Positions 44,024-58,956 of a stretch of 64,000 bases of DNA are shown piece after piece. How positions within the stretch are numbered: the first letter of the stretch is position 1; the number at the start of each line of letters is the position of its first letter. A program made the translations under genes and the position numbers. The DNA is from the human T2T-CHM13v2.0 reference genome, Homo sapiens. Below the pieces are notes generated by a model. The model was not told where the DNA came from and searched no databases. It worked only from the letters and a program-made list of their open reading frames with translations. The stretch lies in NCBI RefSeq assembly GCF_009914755.1, contig NC_060929.1. One strand, 5' to 3'.

Positions 44024-44939
44024 CCTGATAACTCTCTGATTTGTTCAAATAGATTTTTTTTATTTTATTGAGTTTGTTTTTATTTTTCTTACCTGGAGGC
44101 TTGTCTGACCCACCATTGCTGAGAGCAAAAATTCACATACGGTTTTAAATTTTTTTCACAGACACTAATGTATTTTCCTGATTTAAAAAGTCAGCCTATT
44201 TGAGCAAGCAGGGTGAAAAGCAGTATACTCACTATGCAAATATGAAAACAGAATTAGTAAAGGTTAATGATCTTCCCAGTCGAGGCAACCAGACTGTCTT
44301 CTGATCCAATCCTTTCCTTCTTTTAGGGCCTCACTTTCTTTCTTATTAAGTCCAGTTTGTCTCTTGCACATCATTTCCAAGAAAATAAATATCTGTTTAT
44401 ACATGGAAAATCCATGATGTATTGATTGGTCCTGTGCAAACCTATGTATCTATATAGCCCACTCAATAACTCTCTCTTCACCTTTTTTGAGGTATTATTA
44501 TCCATATCTTTCCATAGCATACACTTAAAAAGTTATTAATAGGTCATAAGACCTCACCTCCAGTCCTACTATATGAGTCCTAATAGTAATCTGTACTTCA
44601 GCATTTCTAGATCTCTCATTCTTGGTGGAAACAAATTGAATTTTCAGGGCATTGCTATTAGAAAAAGGTTTGAGAAATGGAACTGAGGCTGTTTCTTGTC
44701 CCAGTCTTTCTGGAGTTGTAGTATGGTTGGTATTAGGATTTAACAAACTTAGAAAAAGTCTGCATTTGTGAAGACCTTTGTATCAGAAATTAGTCATCAA
44801 TGTAATTATCTAATGAGTGATTCTGTAAAATGTGATTGTTCAGAAAGGATAATTAGTGAATATAATGAGGAACATTTTTGAGATCCTATTGGGTTGCTGG
44901 CAGAGTGTGCAGGGCAATTTATTAACATGATACTATTTA

Positions 44940-45130
44940 ATAATTATAGCAACACATATATAAAGTAGGCTTTGATATATACATTTTATAGACAAGATAA
45001 CTGAGGATCAGAGAGGTCTGTTAACTTCCGTTAGGTCATTCAGCTTATATATGATCTAATAATAATTAAATAAGATTGGACTCAAGTATGTCACATTCCA
45101 AAGTATATAATTTTGCTACCATGTCATGCT
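44940..45130 (-). mobile_element. MIR SINE
   Basis: cattttatagacaagataactgaggatcagagagg..gttaactt. Confidence 0.6.
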
Positions 45131-45697
45131 GCTGCAAATGCCAGAACTCTTATGCTTAAAAATAAAACTTGAGATTAGTAATCTAATGTTTGTCCTACTT
45201 GAGTGTTGGCTTAAGCTGACCTTTAATTTGTATATAGTTGCTTTTCAACCATGGATATTTTAAATACATCTCTTTATGTGGCTTTATCTGGCTATATGTA
45301 AAGAAAACTTATACTTTGATTTGGACTAGACTTATAGTTTACTTTTTCTAGAAGCTTGGCCATAAAATGAAAGATAGAGGTGAGGTAGTAGAACACACTG
45401 GATAAATGGAAGTTTATTATTTTAAGCTGTAGGTCTAGGAACACATTGATTTGCTGATGGGAAGGAGCTCATAAGAAAGAGAAGCAGGAGAGATTTGTAT
45501 GAGAGGGACCTAAATTTGGAACAACATTCTAGAAAAGGCATGAAGGGAATGAGATCTAGAGTCAGATAAACGGATTTGGTTTTTAGAAAAAACTCTTCTT
45601 CCTCTGAAGCAGAAAGAAAGAGACAAAGGGTCAAAGGAGCTAGATTAATCAAAGCAATTTTGAAAAAGAAAGACTTTTGGAATAAGTTGGAAGACAC

Positions 45698-45930
45698 TGT
45701 TGGGACTGAGATGTAATTGTACCTTGCTTATAAACTAATAAAAGAGCCTATTATTCTTTTGTGGATGCTGGAAAGCACACGATTACTGAATCAGAGACAA
45801 AGGGCCTTATTACTCATGGCACAGCAAACGTTATGGGCATTAGCAAGTCTGTCAGTTCCCCTTGCCCTTTGAGTTCCATGAAAGCAGTACAGTGGGGCCA
45901 GATAGATGCCTACACCTGGAATTAGATGTG
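45698..45930 (-). mobile_element. Possible ancient ERVL LTR fragment (LTR40-like)
   Basis: tgttggga start; cagagacaaagggccttattactcatggcacagc; tentative. Confidence 0.35.
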
Positions 45931-45951
45931 TTACAAGAGGGGAGATAATTT

Positions 45952-46090
45952 TTTTTTTTTTTTTGTATTTTTAGTAGAGACAGGGTTTCACCATGTTCGC
46001 CAGGATGGTCTGGATCTCTTGACCTCGTGATCCACCCACCTCGGCCTCCCAAAGTGCTGGGATTACAAGCATGAGTCACCCCGCCCAGCC
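45952..46090 (-). mobile_element. AluSc-type left arm only, with intact TSD
   Basis: Left monomer plus linker running into poly-A. TSD AGGGGAGATAATTT at 45938-45951 and 46092-46105. Confidence 0.92.
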
Positions 46091-46129
46091 AAGGGGAGAT
46101 AATTTAAATGTCATCAGCTGGAGAATGAA

Positions 46130-46350
46130 CAACCATTCAGCAATGAAAAGGAATGTTCCTTTGATACACACTACAACATGGATGAACTTTAAAAAGTTTA
46201 TGCTAAGGGAATGAAGCCAGACATGGAAGACTATATATGCTATGACTCTATGACTTTATAAGGAATTTCAAGAAGGGGAAAATATATAGACAGAAGCAAA
46301 ACAGTGGTTTCCTAGGTCTGGAAATTGAAGTGTGGTGGGTTAGAAGACGT
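46130..46350 (+). mobile_element. L1M 3' fragment
   Basis: cattcagcaatgaaaaggaatg...acaacatggatgaacttt...tgctaagggaatgaagccagaca. Confidence 0.75.
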
Positions 46351-46589
46351 TTGGGTAGTTCGGTCTTGATAGCCTCTAATTTTCCAGTATTGTTAAAGAA
46401 GGGAAATTGATCTCCTAATATTAACTGGTAAAGAATGGAATAGGGCACTTGAAGAAGGAACTGGTGAAGATTTTAAGTGAGATTGTGTGAACAGACAAGG
46501 GCAAGAAAAAGGGCTTTTGAGGAGCACTGAAGGTCTGCTAATGCTGAAGGCTATGCATATTTGGAGACTCTGGTCTCTGTAGCATTATA

Positions 46590-48200
<1,611 letters not shown>

Positions 48201-50799
48201 GCAATATATATATCTTTTGAGTCAGGCCTTTTATCTATAGTATGAGAGAAGTAGACTGGGAATCTTTTAGGCCCATTCCCAGATTTGCAATTTGATTTGA
48301 CCTCCTCTTTCTCTTGTCAGCTCCCTGGCCAGCACCCACATTGATCCACAATTCCCTGACTTTCTTCTTAGTATTTGAATGTAACAGGTGCTAGTAGTAT
48401 CTTTGAAACTACTTTTTTGAAAAGTATATGAACTTGACATTCTTTGGCAGGAAAGTTTTTACAGAAAGCACCAAAACAGACAATGATGTCATCAATAAAA
48501 TGAGAAGCTGTGATTGAAACTTACAAAGAAGTGGTAGATTTACACAGAGTACAGCAGATTTCATTTTAATATAATTTTGTATGTAACAGCATAATGGTGT
48601 ACTGGCAGCCCTTAAGACTTGGTTCCTGAAACTTTATATTATTTGGGGCTTTTACTCTCTGTCATTTGATCCTTCAGTACACATTCTCATCAGACCATTA
48701 TCTTTCTCACATAAACCTAGTCATCTACAGTTATTATGCAGCCATTTGAGAAAAAGCTGCGAGTGGTGGGCAGAGCAGCAGGGCTCCCAATCTATGTGCC
48801 AGGAAGTCTGGGGCCTCAGGATATGATCAGATTAGAGCTCTTCAGCTGCTGTGCGCGTGTTAACTGCCTGGATGGAGATGAGCTCAATTCAATTTGTGGC
48901 AATTAGTGTTACAGAAGCAAATGCACCAGAGTCATATGTTACAGCAGCTCCATAGAGAGAAATAGGCATTGCCTGTATTTTTTCATCCTATAAATTTTAA
49001 ATGATGGGAAGAAAAACACACCGACTGAGGAGAAGAGCACGGGCACCAGCACAGCGAGCAGTGGAAGTAAAAGGCACAGTTGTGGTGTAAGAGAGCCTGT
49101 TGAAGCCAGACGCTTTCAGTGGAGGAGCTTGGGGAAATGTACCACCTTCGTGCTTCCTTCCCAGATCTCCAGATGTCTGCTAGGCCCCCTGGCAGCTGAG
49201 GGACCTGTAGGAACTGGAGTCTCAGGGCAGCCTTTTGGGTCAGTGTTGTGATTAAAATCCTAGAAGACATTTTGTTTTGAGCTCTGAGCCCTCTGGCCTA
49301 GCCCACAATGGAAGTCTGGGAAACTGTGTGGCACAGAGGCAAACCACAGGGCCCTGGGCCTGTGACAATTATCTTAAAATGCTGGTAGCATCTTAACTGC
49401 TTCCTTATTATTTTTCAAATCACGAAACAGAAATTAGTTTACTAAATCTCAAGAGAAATACAGCAATAACTATGTTTAAATATGAAAAAACAAAAATACC
49501 AGCCAAAATTATCCCTCTATTTTTACAGCTTTAAAACCCCTACAATTATTAAATATTTCGTTGCTTCTAAAACTCAGAGTCATGAGTATATTTCGTATAA
49601 AGCTATAAAACCTTGAGTCTCTACCCATGGTTCAATTTCATTGGCAAATTTTTTGAGATGCCAGCTAAATTGTATAAAGAAATTACGTGTCACCTCATGA
49701 AACAAATACCCCATTTTAAGGAATTTAAATTACTTTGATTTTGTCTAAAATAAGTTTCTAAAAAGATTCATGTTATTCCAGCAATATCTAAAACTATGTA
49801 ACTCTGAGTTTCTTCCTAAAGCCAGCAGTAATCTTTTCACTTATTGCATTGTCCTCTGGGAAGCATCCACACAGCTGTTCTTCCTCTGGAGTCATGGCCA
49901 ATGTACTTGTGATGGGAATCACTTCTGAGTCCAGTGCTTTTGTTCCCCATGATAGTGAACATAGGCAAAAGTATTGTCCAAATGTCCACAATCTGAAATT
50001 TTTCTGACATCCATTCACTTGGCAATTGGTATTGATTCCATAAATATTTACTTACTATGGGCAAGTTTTGCAGCTAGGCTCTGTGGGTGATCCAAGCAAC
50101 AATCTAATGAGAAGGCTAATAATTTTACCACAGTGCCCTGCAGAAGGTTCTGGACAAACACATCTACTGATGTCATACAACTGAAATTAAGAGAAATAAA
50201 TTGCAAGATTTCATTTTCCTTTGCTTGGTCACTAGCATCTTCACTTGCAGTCATAGTTCTAAGTTGTAAACCTGCATTTATGACTTGAGTTCATTGCTAT
50301 TGAACTTTTCAGTCAGCCATGGATAGCCTGAATGGCAGCTCAACTTATAAAATATTTAAAATGGGATGTCTGAGTTTCAGAAAACTAACCCTGTGACAAT
50401 CTGTTTAAGGAATCATCTGGGAACAAAGCTCCTTTTAGCAGAAACTGCCTGGAATAGAAGTGGTCGAAGGGTGATGGTTGGCCAAGATGCAGTGTGCGGA
50501 GTTCACACTGAAATGAGGTGGGGAGGCACTTGAGTTTTGTGCCCTTGCCCCACATATCTACTCTATGGATGCTGTTCTCACTACAGAATTAATAAATCCC
50601 TTGGTTGTACAAACCTTACATAACATACATTACATCTATGATAATGTTTTTTGTTTGTAACTTTCTTTACTCCACCATCTGTGGTCTCATCTCAGGCAGA
50701 GCCCAAATCTTATTCTGTTTATATCCAGCAAGTACCTGGCTCACATTAGAAGTTATGAATGTGGATGAATATCACCACTTTCTTCTTCCATACCTATCC

Positions 50800-51110
50800 C
50801 GACCCCCAACTGCCACCCTCCTTGCATCTGAAAAATTTCTATACACCTTTCAGGTGTGAGCTGAGATATAGCTATTTCTGGAATCCTTTCCTCACCCTTC
50901 ATGGCCTCCAGAATAGATTACCTGCATTTTCTCAGAGCTCTCAGGCCATTATTTAATAACTCTATCACATCATTTAGCACACTGTGTTGAATGTTGTCTG
51001 TCTACTTATACCAAGAGAAAGCCCATGAGTGCAGAGGCCATGTCCAGTTCACTACTGAGTGGCCAGCACATAACAGTCACTCCGTAATATTTATTGAATA
51101 AATAAATTAG
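50800..51110 (+). mobile_element. L2 3' end
   Basis: cccatgagtgcagaggccatgtc...ccagcacataacagtcactccgtaatatttattgaataaataaa. Confidence 0.7.
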
Positions 51111-51330
51111 CAGATACATCTGTTGGAATGCATCCTCTGGTTAAGAGAATGAATTATTTCACTAACTTAACGTATGTTGGGGAAAATCAGTAAAGTTTCC
51201 ATTAACTATTCTTCGTATACCTACTACTCCTCTCTCCCTCCCACATGAACACAGCTCCCAAGAAAATTCACTCTTCCGTCAAGCCAGGCCCTAGACATTC
51301 CCACAAGAACATATTCTGAAACACAGGCAC

Positions 51331-51695
51331 TATCTTAGACCTTTCAGTCTGATGTAACAAAATTTCTTTTACTGAGTGGCTTATAAACAACAGAAATTTA
51401 TTTCTCATGGTTCTGGAGGCTGGAAAGTCCAAGATAAATGTGTCAGCAGATTCAATGCCTGCTGAGGGGCTGCTTTTTGATTCATGGATGGCACTTTCTA
51501 GCTGTGTCTGCACATGGTGGAAGGGACAAAGAAGCTTTCTAGGGTGTCTTTTATAAAGGCATGAATCCCATTCATGAAGGTTCATCCTTCATGACAGAAT
51601 CACCTCCCAAAGGCCCCACCTCCTAATAACATCACATTGGTGATTAGGTTTCAACATATGAATTTGGGAGAGACATAAACATTTAGCTCACAGTA
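51331..51695 (-). mobile_element. MaLR LTR (MLT1A0-like)
   Basis: Perfect 5-bp TSD GGCAC (51326-30, 51696-700); gaaatttatttctcatggttctggaggctggaaagtccaagat. Confidence 0.92.
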
Positions 51696-52999
51696 GGCAC
51701 TTAACCCTAACTTAGAGCCAAATGAAAATACAGAAGATATTTAGGCTGAAGCTTGAGACTACATAATAAACCAAAATATAGAGAGGAGATTGTAGTGGGT
51801 GAAGCACCTACTTTATGAAGAGTGATGATGCCTCTAAGAACTGTGTCTTTAATAGACACCTAAGGGAGACAGCTCATGGTTGTGGAAGTTGGCTCTCTTC
51901 AACCACAAGGAGTGCCATTTGCATGAGTAGTGCCCTCTGGAAAAGTACTGCAAAGCAGCTGTGGTAAAGCTCTAGCCTGGGTGAGTGACTATGGGGAAAA
52001 TCCACACTGTTTGTTGTAGGCCAGAAGGTAATTGATTTTATTCCCTTCTGGAGATAATATAAGGTTGCAAAGAAATTTAACAGCTATTCTTCTCCATCAT
52101 CTTTGTAACAACTCCCCTCTTTTAACAAAACTGGAGAAAGCCAAGCTCCTGAGGCTATAGGTACAGAGCACAGAGGAGACACTAATTACATTTGTGCTGG
52201 ATGATAGAGATACCACAAAATCCACATTTAGAGTAAAATGCAGAGAATGATGTCATGGTAGCCAAAGTCCTGAACTTTCTCTGTCACAGTAGTACTTCTT
52301 TTCCCCTTCCCTCATACTTAAAATGTTCAGAAAGTATAGTCCCATGAAGCATGTCAATTAAATTTTTATAAGTAGACCATTTAACCTAATCATGAATTGG
52401 AAAATTTCATAGGTTTGTAAGTAAATATCATAAGAAAATGATATTCAAGAACAAATGAATAATCATTCCCTAAATATTGTAATCTATTTTCTCCTTTCAT
52501 TTGACCCTAGTGCTGGTAAAGTATCCCAAAAATAAAAAGAGGATGAATTTGAATTGCTTGCCAGTGTTCTAAATAACTAAATAAGGAAAATGAGGTAATT
52601 GAAATTTTTGCCTCAATATATTGTTTCTGAATTTTAAAAACTATAATCATTGAGGTTTTTTAATATATTTTATACTTTTGACATATCTGTTTTGTTCTGC
52701 TGCTTCTCACCCCCGCCCCATCCCCTATTTTGGAAACATTTTACAGATTTTAAATTCAACTTTTAATACCAGCTACTTTGAGAACTTAAAACTTCTTGTC
52801 ACAATATCTAAAGAAAACAGAAATCAAAGAAAAGTACTTTCTGAAAAATATGCTATTTGAGGTACCATCTAAGAAAAGTTTCTATTTAAAATGACAAACA
52901 TTGTTGAAACTGTCCTTTATGTTTTGAATTGACCATTTTCAAATTTTGTGCCAGCTGAAGTCATCTTATGCAGTGCTATTAGAAATGTTTTTTCTCCTG

Positions 53000-54280
53000 A
53001 AATTATGGAAAGTTAGACATAGCAACAAAGTAGTTTTTCAGTCCTCCAAAAGCTCTTCATAAGACTAGACAGCAACTTGTTCTGAAAAATCAAAAACTCA
53101 ATGACAATATCTACAGCAAAACCAGGTGGCCGGGTATCCCCATGAAGCCTAACATACAAGTGAGTGAGGACCAACTAATGACAACAGGAAGAGCCATGTG
53201 GAATGATCACCTGTACACGAAGAAGCAAGGGAAGCAAGAAGACAAATGAGAGACCCCAAAGCAGGCAAACACTCAAGTCTCTCAAATCTTCAAGTTATTT
53301 GGAAGAAGGATAGGTCAATACAAAAAGAGAAGCTGAAATTGGGAGTGATTTTTACCATCCAAATTTCTGAAAAGTACAAGGGGTGCACCTGCAGTAAGGT
53401 CTAAAAAGCTAATTCATTGTCAAGGCCTTGTGAACTCTTGAAACAAAAATCTAAAGTCCCTTGGGGAAAAGGTTCTACACTTAGGAAAAACTGCTAGGAA
53501 GAGAATCCAAATTAATCAGTGTAGAGACGGTAAAGGCAAGGGAATGAAGTTCCAGGGGAGGGGAAGAGATCTCAGAAAGAATGAGGGCATATTTTTGAAC
53601 GCTTCATGAACATAACCAGAAACTTAAGAGCCATGAAACTAGAAAAGATATCCTGAACTATCACTCTGTCAAAAGGTTAAGTAAACCAATTTGGCTTAAA
53701 AATGGACGGCAACAGAAAAGTATCTGAGTTAGTTCCAATAGAGAATGATTATGGGACGTGGATGGAGCTGGAGGTCAATAGAGGACAGACAATAAGGAGC
53801 AGAATAAAGTTCCTTTAGGCAGTGAAAGCATGTCAGGAAGAACACCCATAAAAAAAAAACATGAAAATAAGACAGTGTTACAAAATAAGCTAAAATTAAG
53901 AAAACTGTAGGACAACAATATAAATCAAAGGTAGAAAAATTCTTACATATCTATAATTGCACACCCCAAAGAAGAAAACCAAGGCAATGGAAGAAAACAA
54001 ACACAAAACATTCTACTTCAAGAAAATATTCCTGAGATTTAAAAAGAATAATGAAAGCACTCTAAATTGAAAGATTATGCCACAAATCTGAATAACTAAA
54101 CCCAGAACAACTACCGTGTTTTTCATAAAACATGTCTTAAAAGACTTTAAATTAAAAGAAAAATTCTTTGCCCACATTCATGCAAAAAGAGCAAGTCAAT
54201 TATTTGGAGAAAATCAGGTTGTCATCAGATTTTTTGAAAATCACATCATGTGTCAGAAGAAAATTGTCACCTACTTAAGA
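53000..54280 (+). mobile_element. Ancient L1M 5'/ORF1-like (or HAL1) remnant
   Basis: A-rich tract with caagaaaatattcctgagattt...ctaaattgaaag...aatcaggttgtcatcagattt ORF1-like motifs. Confidence 0.55.
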
Positions 54281-54449
54281 TAATGAGGCTCTCTTTCCTC
54301 CTGCTACTTTGAAATAATATTCTTTTACTTGTTGCTAATTATACAGCAATCAAGAAGTTTATCTTTTTCAAGCTGTTCTTATTTCTTCGTAATTTTTGAC
54401 AGCTATATATTGTATCTGTATTGTAAGTTCATACTAGCTGGATTGCTAG

Positions 54450-54814
54450 TGTATTAGTCTGTTCTCATACACTATAAAGAACTACCTGAGACTGGGTGAT
54501 TTATAAAGAAAAGAGGTTTAATTGACCCCCAGTTCTGCATGGCTGCAGAGGTCTCAAGAAACTTAACTATCATGACGGAAGGTGAAGGGGAAGCAAGTCA
54601 CATCTTCCCATGGCAGAGCGGGAGAGAGAGAGAGCACAAAGGGGGAAGTGCCACACACTTCAACTATAAGATCTCATGACAACTCACTCACAGTCATGAT
54701 AATGGCAAGGGAGAAATCCTCCCCCATGATCCAATCACCTCCCACTGGGCCCCTCCTCCAATTTGACATGAGATTTGGGTGGGAACACAAATCCAAAAAA
54801 TCCAAACCATATCA
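54450..54814 (-). mobile_element. MaLR LTR (MSTA/THE1D-like)
   Basis: tgtattagtctgttctca...actacctgagactgggtgatttataaagaaaagaggtttaattg...aaaccatatca; flanks gctag/gctgg. Confidence 0.92.
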
Positions 54815-55834
54815 GCTGGTTAATGTCAGTATTGCTGAGAGTACAGAACAAACCAAAAAAGAAGAAACTAATGTTAAAAACATGAAAACATAAATACAAA
54901 CACTCCTAAATGGAAAAAAAATTAAAATTAAAGAGGAAAAGCACATAAAATGGACCACATAGTAAAAACATATATAAAACATTTTGTACATATTAACCTG
55001 ATAATATTGTTTGTCTAGGAAATGGAATATGAACATATGTACATATATATTTATTTTTTAATTCAAGAATAACATGTAAAATTAGAAAAATACTACCTGC
55101 CACTAAAAGTGTACTTCTAGGAGACAATGACTTATTCTAGGTCTGAGGCAGCAAATGTACAAAATAAGTCTCAGGTATTATATTATACTGGATAGTAAAA
55201 TAACCACCAAAGACTTCAAAAGCCAACTTGCATAGCCTATTACTGTCCCAGGAAGAGCTAGAGCAGATTGAAACGTATCAAATATGGTTAAATCCATACT
55301 TCCAAAATGATACCAAAAAATGAACAAAAACACTAACTGGTCACTGAAAATGTTGGTGAATGAACTCATTATTTTGAAAACTGGTAAGTTAAAAAACTAA
55401 TAATTTATCCCCTCTTTCCTATAAGAATTGTATTACTAGAAAATTTTTAGCTAACAAAGAAGCAGCAATGATAGATTTTACCAACTTGAAACTGCTAATG
55501 ACTTGATGGATGTAGGCATTGATAATCAATTACTGTTATTGTCAACATGAAATGGAGCATAATTGAACATGCAACTTCTTGTGAAAATACACAATACTCC
55601 CTATAAAACGTATTTGCTAAAAATTCAACCTGAGTCTAATCAAGACCCTAATGCTATCCATTAATAAAAAGTAGAGAGGGCAGGAAATAGCTCCAAAGAC
55701 ATCAAGGTATAGAATGAAATGTAATCCTCTAGAATCAAATGTGATTCTATCCCCTTGATGTCTTTGGAGATATTTCTCTGCCCCTTTTTTTAATTAATAG
55801 ATAATGCTGGGGTCTTGATTAGGTTCAGATTAAA

Positions 55835-56195
55835 TACAGAAAATGTACATATACACCATGCAATACTATGTAGCCATAAAAAGAAATGAGATCATGTCCT
55901 ATGAAGGGACATGGATGGAGCTGTAGGCCATTTTCCTTAGCAAACTAACGCAGGAACAGAAAACCAAATACCACATGTTCTCACTAAGTGATGAGAATAC
56001 ATGGACACAGAGAGGAACAACACACACTGGGGCCTATAAGAGGGTGGAGGTTGGGAGGAAGGAGAGAGAAGATAAGGAAAAATAACTTATGGGTACTAGG
56101 CTTAATACCTGGGTGATGAAATAACCTGTACAACAAAGCCCCATCACAGAAGTTTGTGTAGCAAACTTGCCCATGTACCTCTGAACTTAAAAGTT
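55835..56195 (+). mobile_element. L1PA (about L1PA13-16) 3' end, embedded among older L1M 3' fragments (about 55100-56780)
   Basis: atactatgtagccataaaaagaaatgagatcatgtcc...catgtacctctgaacttaaaagtt. Confidence 0.9.
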
Positions 56196-57035
56196 TTGTG
56201 TTTTTTTTTTTTTTTAAAGAATCACATTACCAAGCAGGGAAACTCTAAAGATCAAGTGACCAGCTTTCCAAAAAGAAACGCAGCAAAAGTGAAACAGAGA
56301 TGGAGAAGGGATGAAAGGGAAGGATGGAAAAAGAGAAAGAGGGTTGGCGGGGGGAAGAGAGAGAGAGAGGGAGAAAATACTCGTTAAAAAATAATAAGAG
56401 ATACGCTAACCATTCAAGTTTCATGGACCTTATTTGGATACTTATTCAAACAAGTAATTTAACATGTTTCAGACAATTAGAAATTTGAAACACTGCATAT
56501 TTGATAATATTAAGAAATTAATTATAGGTATGATATTGGAATTATGACTGATTTTTAGAGGGTCCTTTATCTTTTAGAGATAACCTCCTCAAATATTTAT
56601 AAATGAAATTATATAATGTCTGATGCGTGCTTCAAAATAATAAGGAAGGAGTAGAAGTAATTAAGCAGATAAAACAAAACTTCATGAATTTACAGATAAA
56701 GCTATGTGACAATTACATGGGGGTGTTTCATTGTATAATATCTACTGGCATATGTTTAAAATGATTCACAAAACAAAGCTTAAAACAGACAAAGTGTTTT
56801 CTCCTCAAATGCAATGGATAGTTCAAGCCAAGGAAAAATAAAAGTATTTCATTTTCCTAAGTAAACTCAAAGATTTTTAGAGTGTCAGTTTGTGGAAATC
56901 TTTCCCATGGTAGTATGGTAGCTTGTTTCAATTGTTTATGTGCACCATCTTTAACATTAATTTACTTAACTTCTTTTAATATCCATTCTTCTGAATGAAT
57001 GTGCCTGAGAAGCATTTCCTTTCTTTTTGTTCCAG

Positions 57036-57108
57036 GATTGTGGAAAAGGGATATTACAGTGAGCGAGATGCTGCAGATGCCGTTAAACAAATCCTGGAGG
57101 CAGTTGCT
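57036..57108 (+). CDS. CAMK4: CAMK4 coding exon 5 (73 bp): alphaD-alphaE
   Basis: ttctttttgttccAG|G acceptor completes the Arg codon. Encodes IVEKGYYSERDAADAVKQILEAVA. Donor GCT|GTAAGT. Confidence 0.97.
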
Positions 57109-57252
57109 GTAAGTATGAAGTAACAGCAATGGTGTAACTCTTAGTCATCTCTTCCTTTTACAGAATCATCATTTAAGAAATGCGTATCTGTGATAAGCCA
57201 TACATTTTACAGCATAAAGTTGTGAAATATTTATTAGAAAATGTGTGGAATA

Positions 57253-57585
57253 AGGTGGGCATGGTGGCTCAAGCCTGTAATCTCAGCACTTTGGGAGGCT
57301 GAGGCAGGCAGGTCACTTAAGGTCAGGAGTTCCAGACCAGCCTTGCCAACATGGTGAAACGCCATATCTAATAAAAATAAAAAAATTAGCTGGGTATGGT
57401 GACGCACACCTGTAATTCCAACTACTTCAGGGGCTGAAGCACAAGAGTTGCTTGAACTTGGGAGGTGGGGAGTTGCAGTGAGCCAAGGTCACGCCACTGT
57501 ACTCAAGCCTGGACGAGAGAGAGAGAGACCCTGTCTCAAAAAAAAAAAAAAAAAGAAAAAAAAAGAAAAAGAAAAAAGAAAAGAA
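57253..57585 (+). mobile_element. Full-length Alu (AluS/J-like), about 145 bp downstream of exon 5
   Basis: Dimeric Alu with long A-rich tail. TSD AGAAAATGT(G/A)TGGAATA at 57236-57252 and 57586-57602. Confidence 0.96.
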
Positions 57586-58956
57586 AGAAAATGTATGGAA
57601 TAAATTTGTATTTTCTATTGATGACTCAAAGTCTGAAAGATGCAATCCTCTATATAATGCCATAAGTGTGTTAAATTAATTTCCATTCTATTATTGTGAG
57701 ACCAAATGAGATTTTGGTGCCTTTATTTGTTCTTTAACTCTTTCTTTCCCATTTCTTGAGTTTGTTTGTTCATTGCTTTTTTTTTTTTAATTTGGTAGAG
57801 ATGTGGAAGAGGGTTGAATGTGATGTAAACCTTGGAGCATAGAGATTATTGACTTTTCTTTCCAGAAAAGAAATGAGTTAATTGGAAAGAAAGAATGTAT
57901 CAGTTTTTTTAAGGAAGAAACATAAGTTAATATTTTAAATTGGAACACAAGTTTTGTAAGTTAATGGTGGAAATAAATACATACACATTTACAAAAATAT
58001 ATACTGTTGAGAAGCTTTTTTGGATTGCATTAAGCAGGTAATATTTGCCTGTATAAATCAGACTCAACTGACTAAAAGCTTCCCATGTATTTGATGTTGT
58101 CTAATATGTGCTGGAACACTTTGGTGATTCATTTATTGAATATGAAACCAGAACAAATTATTATTTGAACATTCAAGACAGGGCCCAGGGAGGGGTATTT
58201 ATCAGGATCAGTTAAAGAGACAAATCTATAAAATATATCCAGAATTAAGATATACTCTATTATTCGGAGTTAGTTATTTAACTAAAATCATTATCCAATA
58301 CCTTGAGAAGTCAGCCACAGTGACAGAAGCACAGGTCCTATGAGTTTTACCCACATCAAAAACAGGAAGGAGGGAAGAAAAGAGGAAGGGAGGGAGAGAG
58401 GAGGGAGGACTCTGATATCTAACTAGCCTCTGTACCAATGATGAAAAGGGAAAAAATAACCTTTGCATAAGGCTTCTAGAAATAGCCAATTGAACCAAAT
58501 TTGTTATTGAGCTATTAATGCCAATTTTAATTGGCTTTATAGCCCAGTCCTTCCAAATTATTTATTCCCCATAAAAGTGTTTTGATCTTTTTGCTATGGT
58601 GAGGGATGAAAAGTTTGAAATGGGAGTGAATAAAACCTGGAGAGGATGCCAACACAGCTTCTGATTATATAAATACTGAATATCAAATTCATCTTCTCAC
58701 TGTACCCAAATAGCCACCCCATTTCAGATTTTCATCACACATAACATATTTACCAATTCTGGTTTCCTAGGTTTGCACACTAGGTAATGGGTTTCAACTC
58801 TTCCATTTTCTTATCTTACATAGACCTTTCCAACTTCAGTTGAATCTTTCTTCAAATGTGCATAAACTTAATCCTGTTCTCCATCATTCTGTGACTGTTG
58901 CTGGCATGCTTTAAAAAAGAAAGAAGAAGCACTTTAATTGCCATTAACTCATATTC

